Shown: one piece after another, positions 35,254 to 45,542 of the stretch | Layout: each line of letters begins with the position of its first letter | Position numbering within the stretch: the stretch's first letter is position 1 | Assembly (NCBI GenBank): GCA_963781885.1 | Contig: CAWAHW010000002.1 | Location: 512,001-576,000 of the forward strand | DNA from: an uncultured Spirochaetota bacterium | GTDB lineage: Bacteria > Spirochaetota > Spirochaetia > SZUA-6 > Fen-1364 | Direction of reading: 5' to 3' | Length of the DNA: 64,000 nucleotides | Notes under the pieces: generated by a model | Databases searched by the model: none | Seen by the model: the letters and a program-made list of their open reading frames with translations, nothing else | What the model was told of the DNA's origin: nothing | Made by a program: the position numbers and the translations under genes

Positions 35254-36023
35254 TCCCCGACACTGCCTCTTCCGTCCGTGACGCCCGCGTGGCGCCGGGC
35301 AGCCTCGCCGTCTTCTGGCTCGGGCAGGCAGGCTTTCTCTTCAAGACCCCCGCGGGCAGTATCGTCTGCGTCGACCCCTATCTCAGTGACAGCGTGGAGA
35401 GGCTTGCCGGTTTTCGCCGGATCATGGCGAGCGTCATGGCGCCGGAGGACCTCGCGGTGGACGTGATGCTCATCACGCACCACCACGAGGATCACCTGGA
35501 CATCGACGCGCTGCCCGTCGTCGCGCGGCGCACCGAGGCGCGTTTCGTGGCCCCGGGGGAAAGCGTGAAGAGGCTGCGGGAGATCGGCCTGCCGCCGGAT
35601 CGCATCACGGAGGTCCGTCCCGGAAGCGTCACGGATCTGGGCTGCGTGACGGTGCGGACGGTTTTTGCGGACCATGGGACGCTGGCGCCCGATGCAGTGG
35701 GATTCGTGCTGGATTTCGGCTTCGTGCGAGTCTACATCACCGGCGATACCGCCTACCGGCCGGCCTCCATGGCAGAGGTCATGCGTCTCCGCCCGCAGGT
35801 CATCATCCCGGTGATCAACGGCGCCTACGGCAACATGGGGTCGGCTGATGCCGCCGCCCTGACCCGCGACACGGGCGCGCGCGTTGCCATCCCCTGCCAC
35901 TTCTGGACCTTCGTCGAGCACGGCGGGGATCCGGCTGCTTTCCTGGCGGCCTGCCGGGAGGAGGCGCTTTCCGCGCGTGTGGAGCTGATCACCCAGGGCA
36001 GAAGTTTCTCCTGGGTGTCGTGA
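35250..36023 (+). CDS. MBL-fold metallo-hydrolase, UlaG (L-ascorbate-6-phosphate lactonase)-like
   Basis: WLGQAGF, DPYLSD, THHHEDHLD, GDT, INGAYGN, IPCH. Confidence 0.82.
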   Translation: MIPDTASSVRDARVAPGSLAVFWLGQAGFLFKTPAGSIVCVDPYLSDSVERLAGFRRIMASVMAPEDLAVDVMLITHHHEDHLDIDALPVVARRTEARFVAPGESVKRLREIGLPPDRITEVRPGSVTDLGCVTVRTVFADHGTLAPDAVGFVLDFGFVRVYITGDTAYRPASMAEVMRLRPQVIIPVINGAYGNMGSADAAALTRDTGARVAIPCHFWTFVEHGGDPAAFLAACREEALSARVELITQGRSFSWVS

Positions 36024-36044
36024 GCGGCCCGCGCTGAACGCTTC

Positions 36045-36476
36045 CTACAGCGCCTTCAGCGCCTCTGCGTTCAGGGTCGCGATGCCGTTCTTCTCCAGTA
36101 TCTGCAGGGCGCGCTCGCGGTCGTCGATGCGGCAGATGACGATGGCATTCTCCCGCGTCTTCTCGACGTACGCGTACATGTATTCCACGTTCACGTTGTC
36201 CTGGTCGAGCACCTCCAGGATGCGGGCAAGCCCGCCGGGCTTGTCTTCCACTTCCACCGCGATCACCTCCGTGACCTGCGCGACGAATGCGCGGGTCTTC
36301 AGCACGGCGAGGCAGCGGTCGGGGTTGTCGACGATGATGCGCAGGACGCCGAAATCCGCCGTGTCGGCCAGGGACAGGGCGCGGATGTTTATCTTTTCAT
36401 GGGACAGCGTGCGGGTGACCTCGGCGAGCCTCCCCTTGCTGTTCTCCAGGAAGACGGAAATCTGCTTCACGGGCAT
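36045..36476 (-). CDS. ACT-domain protein
   Basis: MPVKQISVFLENSKGRL, ADTADFGVLR, DKPGGL, NVEYMYA. Confidence 0.9.
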   Translation of the reverse strand: MPVKQISVFLENSKGRLAEVTRTLSHEKINIRALSLADTADFGVLRIIVDNPDRCLAVLKTRAFVAQVTEVIAVEVEDKPGGLARILEVLDQDNVNVEYMYAYVEKTRENAIVICRIDDRERALQILEKNGIATLNAEALKAL

Positions 36477-36529
36477 ACGTGACCTCCCTGCGGTGTGAGG
36501 ATCGGGGCGGGCGCCCCGGGGGACTGTCT

Positions 36530-37820
36530 TCAGATCTTGCGCTTGTCGATGATGCGCCGGGCCTTTCCCTCGCTGCGGGCGATGCTCTTGGGCTCCACGA
36601 GCTTCACCCGGGTATGGATGTTGAGCGACGCGTACAGGTCGCCTTCCAGCTTCTTTTCCATTCCCTCGAGATTCCTGATCTCGTCCGAGAACAGCGCCTC
36701 GTTCATCTCCACCTGCACCTCCAGCTCGTCGAGCTGGTCGCGCCGCTCCACAATGAGCTGGTAATGCGGCTCCACGCCCTCTCCCTTGAGTATAATCTCC
36801 TCGATCTGCGAGGGGAACACGTTCACCCCGCGGATGATGAGCATGTCGTCCGTGCGGCCGAGCACGCGGTGCATGCGCACCGTGGTCCTCCCGCATGCGC
36901 AGGGGCTCCTGTCCAGGTAGGTGATGTCGCGCGTGCGGTAGCGGAGCACGGGCGTGCCTTCCTTCGTGAGGGTCGTGATGACCAGCTCCCCCTTCTCCCC
37001 GTCGGGGAGCACGCGGCCGGTGGCAGGGTCGATGATCTCGGGGTAGAAGAGGTCCTCGTTCACGTGGAGGCCCTTCTGATGCTCGCATTCCATGGCGACG
37101 CCCGGGCCGATGATCTCCGTGAGGCCGTAGATGTCGATGGCGACGACGTGCAGCTTCGCCTCGATCTCCGTGCGCATGCTTTCGCTCCACGGCTCGGCGC
37201 CGAAGAAACCCGCCTTCAGCCCGATCGACCCCAGGTCCAGGCCCTCCTCCCGTGCCGCCTCCGCGAGAAAAAGCGAGTAGGAGGGCGTGCAGGCAAGGAC
37301 GGTGGACTTGAAATCCCGCAGGATCGCAAGCTGCCTCTTCGTGTTGCCGCCCGAGATGGGGATCACCGTGGCGCCGATCTTCCGCGCCCCGTAGTGCACC
37401 CCCAGGCCGCCCGTGAAAAGCCCGTAGCCGTAGGCGTTCTGCACGATGTCGTGCCGCGTGGTTCCCCCCGCGGCAAGCGTGCGCGCCATGGCCTCTGCCC
37501 AGACCTCGATGTCGCCTGCCGTGTAGGCATCGACGACCGGCGTGCCCGTGGTCCCGGAAGAGGTGTGGATCTCCACGATCTCCCTTAGTGCCACCGCGAG
37601 GAGGCCGTAGGGATAGACCTCGCGCATCTCGTCCTTTGTCGTGAAGGGCAGCTTGCGGATGTCGGCGATGCCCTGGATATCCTGCGGCTTCACGCCGGCA
37701 TCGCTCATCTTCTTGCGATAGAAGGGCACGCGCCGGTACAACACGTCCACCAGGCGCCCGAGCTTCTCCCCGTGGTGCGACGCGAGAGCCACGGCGACAA
37801 CGATTCGGAATCAAGATCAT
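36530..37820 (-). CDS. paaK: Phenylacetate-CoA ligase family protein (copy 2; N-terminus out of frame)
   Basis: [38 protein letters not shown]. The ATG at 37820 has an AGGAGG RBS but is out of frame with the body. Confidence 0.85.
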
Positions 37821-37887
37821 CGCTTTATTTTCCTCCTAAGGATAGAGGTGCCGTGGAGTCCAGCCGTTCCAGATCATCGCACTCCTC

Positions 37888-38316
37888 CTACAGGCGGTAG
37901 ATTTCCGCGTCCGAGATCAGGTGTATCCCCGAGCCTTCCAGTGCGCGCTCCGCTTCGGGGAACTTCTCCACCTCGAAGACGATGGCCGCCCTGCTGCCCT
38001 CCTCGATCACGAATCCGTAGCAGTCCTCCACGTTCACGCGCGCCGCGGAGAGATTCACGAGCAGCCGGTGCATCGCCCCGGGGGCATCGTCGATCATCGC
38101 GACGAGGATGCGCCGCTTCGTCACCGTGAAGCGCGCTTCTCTCAGCGCGGCAAGCCCCTTGTCCGGGTCGTTCACGAGGACGCGCACGACGCCGAACTCG
38201 CCCGTGCTCGCCATCGACACGGCCCTGATGTTGAGACCCGCGTCTGAAAGCACGCGGGTGATCTTCTCCAGCTTTCCCTGCTCGTTGACGACGAAAATCG
38301 ACAGGTGGAATGCCAT
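37888..38316 (-). CDS. ACT-domain protein
   Basis: LSIFVVNEQGKL, NIRAVS, EFGVVRVLVNDP. Confidence 0.85.
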   Translation of the reverse strand: MAFHLSIFVVNEQGKLEKITRVLSDAGLNIRAVSMASTGEFGVVRVLVNDPDKGLAALREARFTVTKRRILVAMIDDAPGAMHRLLVNLSAARVNVEDCYGFVIEEGSRAAIVFEVEKFPEAERALEGSGIHLISDAEIYRL

Positions 38317-38317
38317 C

Positions 38318-39625
38318 TCAGCACCCCTTCCCGGACTGGGTCCGGCGGTCGATCACGCGCACCGCCTTGCCTTCCGTCGCGGGCAGGTTGCCCGCCTCCA
38401 GCAGCCGCACGACGGGCGTCACCCCGATCTCATCCCGCAGCGCGGCGACCGCCCTGCCCTGGAGCGCCTCGAGGTGAGAGAGGGTCCCCTGGAACTGGTC
38501 GCTCTCAAGCTCGACGCTGATGTGGAGCTTGTCCATGTAGTTTTCCTCGTGGATCTCGATGAGGTAATTCGCGCCGATGCCGGGGATGCGGAGCAGGGTC
38601 TGCTCGATCTGGAGGGGGAAGATGTTCACGCCGTTGATGATCATCATGTCATCGGACCGGCCTTGGATCCGGTCGATGCGGCGATGGGTGCGTCCGCACG
38701 GACAGACGCCCGGGATGAACCGCGTGAGGTCGCGCGTGCGGTAGCGCAGGAGCGGCGTGCCCGTCCTGTTGAGGGAAGTGAGGACGAGCTCGCCGCATTC
38801 CCCTTCCTCCACCGGCAGCCCCGTTGCCGGGTCCACGATCTCTGCGAGGAAATTGTCCTCCCAGAGGTGCATGCCGGACTGCGCGGGACACTCGAAGGCC
38901 ACGCCGGGCCCGCACATCTCCGAAAGGCCGTAGGAGTTGTACGCCTTGATGTTCCAGGTCTGCTCGATCCTTCGGCGCGTCTCCTCGGTGTGCGGCTCGG
39001 CGCCGACGAACGCCATGCGCACCGAAAGGTCGCGCGCCGGGTCGAGCCCCATCTCGCTCACGTGCGCGGCAAGACGCAGGGCATAGCTGGGAAGGATGTG
39101 GATCGCGGTGGTCTTGAACTCCTTCATGAACCAGATCTGCCTCTTGCTGTTGCCCGGGCCGACCGGGATGGTCATGGCGCCCAGCTTTTCCGCGCCATAG
39201 TGGAAGCCGAGGCCTCCCGTGAAGAGCCCGTACCCCATGATGTTCTGGAAGACGTCGGTGGAACGCATGCCCGCCATGTACATGCAGCGCGCCACGAGGT
39301 CCTGCCACGCGGCGATGTCCTCCCGCGTGTGGTAGATCACCGTCGGGTTTCCCGTGGTCCCGGAGGAGGAGTGCAGCCGCACGACCTTCTCCAGCGGCAC
39401 GGCGAGGAATCCGTACGGGAAGCTGCTGCGCAGGTCCTCCTTCGTCGTGAAAGGGAGGCGGCGGACGTCATCAAGCTGCTTCACTTCCGGCAGCGGCTTT
39501 CCGTCGAAAAGCGCCCGATAGAAGGGCGCATTCGCCGCGCCCCGCAGCGCGGTCGAAAGACGGTCAAGCTGCAGCCGCTCCAGCTCCGGTCGGTTCAGGG
39601 TTTCCAGGGTCGAATCCCAGTACAT
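38318..39625 (-). CDS. paaK: Phenylacetate-CoA ligase family protein (copy 3)
   Basis: MYWD start at 39625; HSSSGTTG, YGLSE, RYRTRD, EGKAVRVIDRR. Confidence 0.88.
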   Translation of the reverse strand: MYWDSTLETLNRPELERLQLDRLSTALRGAANAPFYRALFDGKPLPEVKQLDDVRRLPFTTKEDLRSSFPYGFLAVPLEKVVRLHSSSGTTGNPTVIYHTREDIAAWQDLVARCMYMAGMRSTDVFQNIMGYGLFTGGLGFHYGAEKLGAMTIPVGPGNSKRQIWFMKEFKTTAIHILPSYALRLAAHVSEMGLDPARDLSVRMAFVGAEPHTEETRRRIEQTWNIKAYNSYGLSEMCGPGVAFECPAQSGMHLWEDNFLAEIVDPATGLPVEEGECGELVLTSLNRTGTPLLRYRTRDLTRFIPGVCPCGRTHRRIDRIQGRSDDMMIINGVNIFPLQIEQTLLRIPGIGANYLIEIHEENYMDKLHISVELESDQFQGTLSHLEALQGRAVAALRDEIGVTPVVRLLEAGNLPATEGKAVRVIDRRTQSGKGC

Positions 39626-39764
39626 GCATGACCGCACCTGCGTGCGGATTCCTCCTCGGCATACAGTCTGCATCCACAAATGAACTGAATGACGGTGTAT
39701 ACTGGGAAAGCATGTTTATGCAAGTGAGCGGCACATTCAGGAAGAACCGCGGAATGGATGGACG

Positions 39765-40385
39765 ATGAGCGACAACGAAGCGCGCCGTGCATGCATCGTG
39801 CTGTCACCGGCAGGGGCGGTCTGGGAGCAGCGGTCCCTGCTCCTCCTCCACGGCCGCGGCGACACGGCGCGCGGCTTTATCGCTCATTGGAGGCCGCTGG
39901 TGGACGAGGGATGGACGCTCGTCGCGCCGGTTTCGTCGCAGGCGTGTGCGTCCGGCGGCTTCTGCTGGGACGACACGGAGCTGGCCCGGCGCGAGATACG
40001 CGCGCACCTGGACGACTGCCGGCGGCTGCGCGGCATCGACGTCGGCGGCATGGTGATGGCAGGGACATCGCAGGGAGCGCATCTTGCCCTGGAGCTCGCC
40101 ACGGAGGCGGGCGTGCCGGCGCTCTGCGCGTTTCCTTCTTTTCCCGCCGGATACGACGTGTCGCGTCTCACGTCCCTGCCGGGTCGTATTCCTGCAGGGT
40201 TCATCCTGGCCGCGCAAGCCGACGGCCGGGACCAAGTGCGGCAGGTGATTGCATCGCTTGAGTCGTCGGGCGTTCCGCTGGTGATTCACGAGATGCCCGG
40301 CGTCGGGCGCGACCTGCCGGAAGGATTCGCCTCGATTGCGGGTGGCGTGCTGATGCGGCTCATCGATGCCGCCGCATCCATCTGA
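39765..40385 (+). CDS. Putative alpha/beta hydrolase (esterase-like)
   Basis: LLHGRG oxyanion segment and GTSQG nucleophile elbow; no clear C-terminal catalytic His. Confidence 0.55.
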   Translation: MSDNEARRACIVLSPAGAVWEQRSLLLLHGRGDTARGFIAHWRPLVDEGWTLVAPVSSQACASGGFCWDDTELARREIRAHLDDCRRLRGIDVGGMVMAGTSQGAHLALELATEAGVPALCAFPSFPAGYDVSRLTSLPGRIPAGFILAAQADGRDQVRQVIASLESSGVPLVIHEMPGVGRDLPEGFASIAGGVLMRLIDAAASI

Positions 40386-40423
40386 TCACGTGGGGAAGTG
40401 CAACATCTCCTCGAAGGCGATCT

Positions 40424-41722
40424 TCACGGATAGATCCTCGAGATGGTGCGCGGGAAGGGGATGCATTCCCGCAGGTGCTGGCTGCCGCAAATCCAGGCAA
40501 GGGTGCGCTCCAGCCCGATGCCGTAGCCGGAATGAGGCACGGAGCCGTACTTGCGGAGGTCCAGGTACCAGCCGTACGAGGATTCAGGGAGCTTCTCCTC
40601 GTGGATGCGCGCAAGGAGCTTTTCCAGGATGTCCTCGCGCTGGGAGCCGCCAATGATCTCGCCGTAGCCTTCCGGGGCCAGGAGATCGGAGCAGAGCACG
40701 GTCTGCGGATTGGCGGGATTCTCCTTCATATAGAAGGCCTTTGCCTTGCGGGGATAGTTCATGACGAAGATCGGCTTGTCGTGCATCTTCGTGATGATCG
40801 TCTCGTCCTCCCCCCCCAGGTCGTCGCCCCACTGGATGGCGCTGCCCTTGGACTGGAGGGTCTTCACGGCGTCGCCGTAGTCCATGCGGATGAAGGGCGG
40901 CGTCACCTTCTTCAGGGGCTCGATGTCACGCTCGATTGCCTTGAGCTCTTCCCCGCAAGAAGCGAGCACGTCGGAGACCACCCTGCTCACCATGTCTTCT
41001 TGCAACACCATGTTGTCGTCGTTGTCCGCGTAGGCCACCTCTGCTTCGAGCATCCAGAACTCGGTGAGATGCCGCCGCGTCTTCGACTTCTCGGCGCGGA
41101 ATGTCGGCCCGAAATTGAAGACCTTGCCATACGCCATGCAGGCCGCTTCGAGGTAGAGCTGGCCCGTCTGCGCGAGGTAGGCATCGCCCAGGTCGAAGTA
41201 GGGCACGGTGAAGAGCGTCCCCGCGCTCTCCCCGATGGAACCGGTGAGGATCGGCGTGTCGATGAGCAGGAACCCGCGCTCGTGGAAGAAGGAGCGGAAG
41301 GACATGATCGCCTGGTCGCGGATGCGCATGATGGCGGTCGGCCGGGTGGAGCGCAGCCACAGGTGCCGATTCTCCAGGAGGAAATCGATGCCGTGCTCCT
41401 TCTTGGAGATGGGGTAGTCGTCGGCGGGGTTCTGCACGATCTCGACGCCGCTCACGGTGAGCTCGAAGCCGGAAGGCGCGCGCTCGTCCCGTCGCGCCGT
41501 GCCCCGCACAATCACGGACGCCTCCATTTTCAGGCCCGTGATGCGCGCGAATGTCTCCGGCCCGCAGCCGGACTCCTCCGCCACGCCCTGGATGCGGCCG
41601 GTGCCGTCGCGAAGCTGGAGGAAGGCGATCTTGCCCTTGGACCGCATGTTGTAGAGCCATCCGCGTATCTCGACCTCGCGGTCGACATGCATTCCGATGT
41701 CGGCGATCGATACCACTTCCAT
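40424..41722 (-). CDS. asnS: Asparagine--tRNA ligase
   Basis: FLQLRDG, RHLWLR, YLAQTGQLY, FRAEKSKTRRHLTEFWM, EIIGGSQRE, WYLDLRKYG, PFPR. Confidence 0.95.
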   Translation of the reverse strand: MEVVSIADIGMHVDREVEIRGWLYNMRSKGKIAFLQLRDGTGRIQGVAEESGCGPETFARITGLKMEASVIVRGTARRDERAPSGFELTVSGVEIVQNPADDYPISKKEHGIDFLLENRHLWLRSTRPTAIMRIRDQAIMSFRSFFHERGFLLIDTPILTGSIGESAGTLFTVPYFDLGDAYLAQTGQLYLEAACMAYGKVFNFGPTFRAEKSKTRRHLTEFWMLEAEVAYADNDDNMVLQEDMVSRVVSDVLASCGEELKAIERDIEPLKKVTPPFIRMDYGDAVKTLQSKGSAIQWGDDLGGEDETIITKMHDKPIFVMNYPRKAKAFYMKENPANPQTVLCSDLLAPEGYGEIIGGSQREDILEKLLARIHEEKLPESSYGWYLDLRKYGSVPHSGYGIGLERTLAWICGSQHLRECIPFPRTISRIYP

Positions 41723-41758
41723 TCGGTTCTCCTCGGGGGCGCCCGGCGGGCGCGGGTG

Positions 41759-42832
41759 TCACACGAACTCTTCGCGTTCGCGAAGGACGACGATCTCGCC
41801 CTTCTGCTCCAGAAGCTGGATGTACTCCAGGAAATCCTGCTGCGCGCGGTCGAGGTCCGATTTCCTGATCGCGCCAATCGCCTCTTCCTCCAGCCGTATC
41901 AGCTCGCGGCGTCGATCCGAGACCGCGGACAGGAGCCGCTGGCGCGTCTTCTCCTCCGCGCCCTTGATCACGAGCGCGAGCTCTCGGTCGGCATAGTCGC
42001 GCATGACCTTCTGCAGATCCTTGTCGGGGAGCTGGAAGACAACGTCTATTGTGTAGAGCATCTTGCGGATCTGGTTCGCCGTGTTCGGCTCCAGCTCGGA
42101 GAGGATCGCCTGCTCCCGCGCGGGGTCCATGTAGCGCAGGATCTCCGTGAGGGCGGAGGCGCCGTTCAGCTCCTCGGTCACCGCCGCGGCGACCTTCCGC
42201 ACCTTGCCGCGCAGCGCCTCTTCGGTGGCGCGGATGACGTCCGCGTCCACCGTCAGGGTCTTCGCGATGCGGGGAACGATCTCGCGCTGCGCTTCCGGGC
42301 TCATGGCCTGCAGGATGCGCGCCGCGAGCTTGGGCTCCAGGTGCGCGAGGATGAGCGAGGCAACCGGCACCGACTCCTCCCGCAGAAGCGCGATGGCCTG
42401 GTGGATGTCGATGTCTTGCAGAAAGGAGAAGGGCGGGGGCGCCATGTCCTTGCGGACCCTGTCCAGGATTTCCTTCGCCTTCTCCGCGCCGACGGACGCT
42501 TCCAGCATCTCCTGCGCCTTCTCGATGCCGCCGCTCGCGATGAGATCCTTCGTCTCGCGGATGTAGCCGAACTCCTCCATGATCTTGGAGGCGTCCTTCT
42601 GGTCGATGCGCTGGGTGCGGGCGATCTCCCGGGTGATGCCCTCCACCTCTTCGGTGGACATGTGCTTCAGGACGCGTGCCGCCTCGTCCTTGCCGAGGAG
42701 CATGAGGAACTGGGCCGCCTTGCGGTAACCCGCGTCCCGGCTTGTCTCCTTGATGAAACCGCGCAGACTCGGGTCGAGCTTGCCCTTCGCGGCCTTCTGC
42801 TCCTTGCGGTATTCGTCGGCTCCCCGTGGCAT
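41759..42832 (-). CDS. fliG: Flagellar motor switch protein FliG paralogue (orphan)
   Basis: KAAQFLMLLG, SGGIEKA, PFSFL, ELALVIKG, VSDRRRELI, AQQ. Confidence 0.78.
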   Translation of the reverse strand: MPRGADEYRKEQKAAKGKLDPSLRGFIKETSRDAGYRKAAQFLMLLGKDEAARVLKHMSTEEVEGITREIARTQRIDQKDASKIMEEFGYIRETKDLIASGGIEKAQEMLEASVGAEKAKEILDRVRKDMAPPPFSFLQDIDIHQAIALLREESVPVASLILAHLEPKLAARILQAMSPEAQREIVPRIAKTLTVDADVIRATEEALRGKVRKVAAAVTEELNGASALTEILRYMDPAREQAILSELEPNTANQIRKMLYTIDVVFQLPDKDLQKVMRDYADRELALVIKGAEEKTRQRLLSAVSDRRRELIRLEEEAIGAIRKSDLDRAQQDFLEYIQLLEQKGEIVVLREREEFV

Positions 42833-42878
42833 GGCCGCAATACTACCCGCAGGCCGGGGGGAGGTCAATGCGGACCAC

Positions 42879-42904
42879 GGCGGCCACCGTCATCGGTGGC
42901 CGCC
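42879..42904. terminator. GC hairpin just downstream of the AKR gene
   Basis: GGCGGCCACCG-TCAT-CGGTGGCCGCC. Confidence 0.4.
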
Positions 42905-42907
42905 TTA

Positions 42908-43744
42908 TTACGCCGTCATGGTATCCGGGTGCGGCCCGATGCGGGTGCCCGTGTCCAGGGCAGTGATGCGCTGCATGTCCGAATTATCGAGTGAAAAATC
43001 GAAGACCTTGCTGTTTTCCAGGATCCTCTCGCGGTGCACCGACTTCGGAATGATGACGACGCCGAGCTGGAGGTGCCAGCGGAGCACGACCTGCGCGGGT
43101 GTCCGGTCGTGCTTGCGCGCGATTTCCGCGAACACCGCGTTGTCCAGACTGCGTCCCCGGGTGAGCGGAGACCATGCCTCGTGCCGGATCCCCGTTCTCT
43201 GGTCGTAGTCCAGCAGGTCCTTCTGCACGAGGAAGGGATGGAACTCCACCTGGTTCACGGCCGGCGTGATGGACGAACCTGATTTCAGGTCTTCCAGGTG
43301 ATGCGTGAGGAAATTGCTTACTCCAATGGCGCGCGTCTTGCCGTCGGCCAGCAGCTTCTCCAGGGCCTTCCAGGTGTCCTTGTACTTTCCCTTGATGGGC
43401 CAGTGGATGAGATACAGGTCGACGACGTCGACGCCCAGCAAGCGGCGGCTCGCGTCGAATGCCGCGAGCGTCTCCTTGTAGCCCTGGTCCGTGTTCCACA
43501 CCTTTGTCGTGATGAAGACCTTGTCCCGCGGCACGCCGCTGTCCCTGAGGGCGCGGCCCACGTCCGCCTCATTGGCGTACAGGGCGGCCGTGTCGATGTG
43601 CCGGTAGCCGATCTCCAGCGCCCAGCGCACCGCATGCTCGGTTTCCTTTCCCGGCGGCGACTTGAAAACGCCCAGCCCGACCCAGGGGATTTGCACCCCA
43701 TTGTTCAGACGCACGGTCGACGTGAGATTCATATTTGTTTCCAT
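42908..43744 (-). CDS. Aldo/keto reductase (YvgN/DkgA-like)
   Basis: GYRHIDTA, FITTKVWN, DLYLIHWP, IGVSNF, IPKS. Confidence 0.92.
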   Translation of the reverse strand: METNMNLTSTVRLNNGVQIPWVGLGVFKSPPGKETEHAVRWALEIGYRHIDTAALYANEADVGRALRDSGVPRDKVFITTKVWNTDQGYKETLAAFDASRRLLGVDVVDLYLIHWPIKGKYKDTWKALEKLLADGKTRAIGVSNFLTHHLEDLKSGSSITPAVNQVEFHPFLVQKDLLDYDQRTGIRHEAWSPLTRGRSLDNAVFAEIARKHDRTPAQVVLRWHLQLGVVIIPKSVHRERILENSKVFDFSLDNSDMQRITALDTGTRIGPHPDTMTA

Positions 43745-43902
43745 ACGCTATAAGGAAACAACTTTCGCGGGCATCGTCCAGCGCCGCTCCCGCGCCATAG
43801 GTCGGGCCGCGAACGCCGTCGCCGGCGCCACTTCCACAACGCCGTCGGTCGCTTGCCGAATGCCGCCGGCGCATTGATACTTACCGTACGGAGGAGTGCC
43901 GA

Positions 43903-44607
43903 ATGGCGCAAATCGTGGCGATTTCCGGTGCGGCAGGAGGGCTGGGTCCGACCGTCGCGCGCGCGTTCCTCGATGCGGATGCGACACTGGCGGTTGCCGG
44001 TCGGAATGCGTCGCGGCTCGCGCAGATGCTCGAGGATATCGGGGCGCCACCCGCGCGGAGGCTCGCGACAGCCGCCGATCTCGCCGATCCGGAGGCCGCG
44101 CGCGCGTGGGCGGCGGCCGTGGCGGAAAGATTCGGCAGGGTCGACGTCGTTCTTCACCTGGTGGGCGGTTATGCCGGCGGCGGCGCGCTTTCTGACCTGC
44201 AAATGGCCGACTGGCAGAAGCTCGAATCGATGCTCGTGCTCACGACATTCAGCGTCGTGCGGGCGTTCGCCGGGCCATTGAAGGCGGGCGGCGCGGGAAG
44301 GTTCGTTGCCGTCAGCTCCCTGAAGGCGCAGGCGCCGACGGCGAAAAGCGCGCTTTACGCAGCGGCAAAGGCCGCGTCGGATGCCCTGGTGCTCGCGCTC
44401 GCAGATGAGCTGCGGGGATCGGGGGCAACGGCGAATCTCGTGGTCGTCGATTCGATCGAGCCGCCGGAGAGCGCCGGTGCGGCAGCGCGCAAGCCGTATG
44501 GAAAGGCCACCCCCGCCGCCGAGATTGCAAAGGCAATGATGTATCTCTGCTCGCCGGAAGCGGCGACGATCAACGGCATCCGTCTGCCGCTGACCGGCAG
44601 AGGATGA
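43903..44607 (+). CDS. SDR-family oxidoreductase
   Basis: SGAAGGLG, HLVGGY, YAAAK. Confidence 0.82.
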   Translation: MAQIVAISGAAGGLGPTVARAFLDADATLAVAGRNASRLAQMLEDIGAPPARRLATAADLADPEAARAWAAAVAERFGRVDVVLHLVGGYAGGGALSDLQMADWQKLESMLVLTTFSVVRAFAGPLKAGGAGRFVAVSSLKAQAPTAKSALYAAAKAASDALVLALADELRGSGATANLVVVDSIEPPESAGAAARKPYGKATPAAEIAKAMMYLCSPEAATINGIRLPLTGRG

Positions 44608-44619
44608 AGGGAGCGTTGC

Positions 44620-45471
44620 ATGGAGCATCGGAGTTATGGCAGGACCGGTGAGAGCCTGTCGGTCGTGGGATTCGGCGGGATCTGCGTCATGGACGAAAAG
44701 CCGGCAACGGCCGCGCGCATGGTGGGCGAAGCCATCGATCGGGACGTGAATTATTTCGACGTTGCCCCGAGCTACGGGGACTCTGAGGAGAAGCTGGGCC
44801 CGGCGCTTGCGCCGTACCGTGCGAAGGTCTTCCTTGCGTGCAAGACCGGCAAGCGCGACGCGGCCGGCGCGCGGCAGGAGTTGGAGGCGTCGCTCGGGAG
44901 GTTGAAGACCGACCGCTTCGACCTCTACCAGCTTCACGCCGTCACGACGCGGGAAGAGGTGCAGACCATACTCGGTCCGGGCGGCGCCCTGGAGGCTTTC
45001 CAGAAGGCGCGCACGCAGGGCCTCGTGCGCCATCTCGGTTTTTCCGCGCATTCGGAGGAGGCCGCCCTCCTGCTCATGGACGCGTTCGATTTCGACAGCA
45101 TCCTCTTCCCGTTCAACTGGGCATGCTGGCTGAAGGGAGGCTTCGGGCGGCCGGTCCTCCAGCGCGCCAGGGAAAAGGGGCTCGCGCGGCTGGCGCTGAA
45201 GACGCTGGCAAAGCGGAAATGGCGCGACGGTGAGGAGAAGGACTGGCCCAAATGCTGGTACAAGCCGGTGGAGTCCTATGAAGAAGCCGAGGTGGCCACC
45301 CGGTTCACGCTTTCCATGCCGGTGACCGCCGGCGTAAGTCCCGGCCATATCGAGCTCTTCCGCTGGATGTGCGACGCGGCGGAAAAGCTCGGACCCTTGG
45401 CGGAAGCGGACGAACAGGCGCTGGAAACCGCGGCTGCCGGGCTTGAGGTGATCTTCCCCGAGGCGAGCTGA
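44620..45471 (+). CDS. Aldo/keto reductase
   Basis: [30 protein letters not shown]. Confidence 0.88.
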   Translation: MEHRSYGRTGESLSVVGFGGICVMDEKPATAARMVGEAIDRDVNYFDVAPSYGDSEEKLGPALAPYRAKVFLACKTGKRDAAGARQELEASLGRLKTDRFDLYQLHAVTTREEVQTILGPGGALEAFQKARTQGLVRHLGFSAHSEEAALLLMDAFDFDSILFPFNWACWLKGGFGRPVLQRAREKGLARLALKTLAKRKWRDGEEKDWPKCWYKPVESYEEAEVATRFTLSMPVTAGVSPGHIELFRWMCDAAEKLGPLAEADEQALETAAAGLEVIFPEAS

Positions 45472-45542
45472 ACGCGCCGATTGAACGCCGACTCGAAGCG
45501 GCGCGTTGCCCGCGCGCGCCGCCGGCATTACCTTTCATCACC

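Noticed and set aside
40475-42994. 839-aa plus-strand ORF and many other long overlapping ORFs (e.g. 8822..10546, 43729..45528)
   Set aside because: Shadow frames of real genes in high-GC DNA; low-complexity R/A/G/P translations without motifs.
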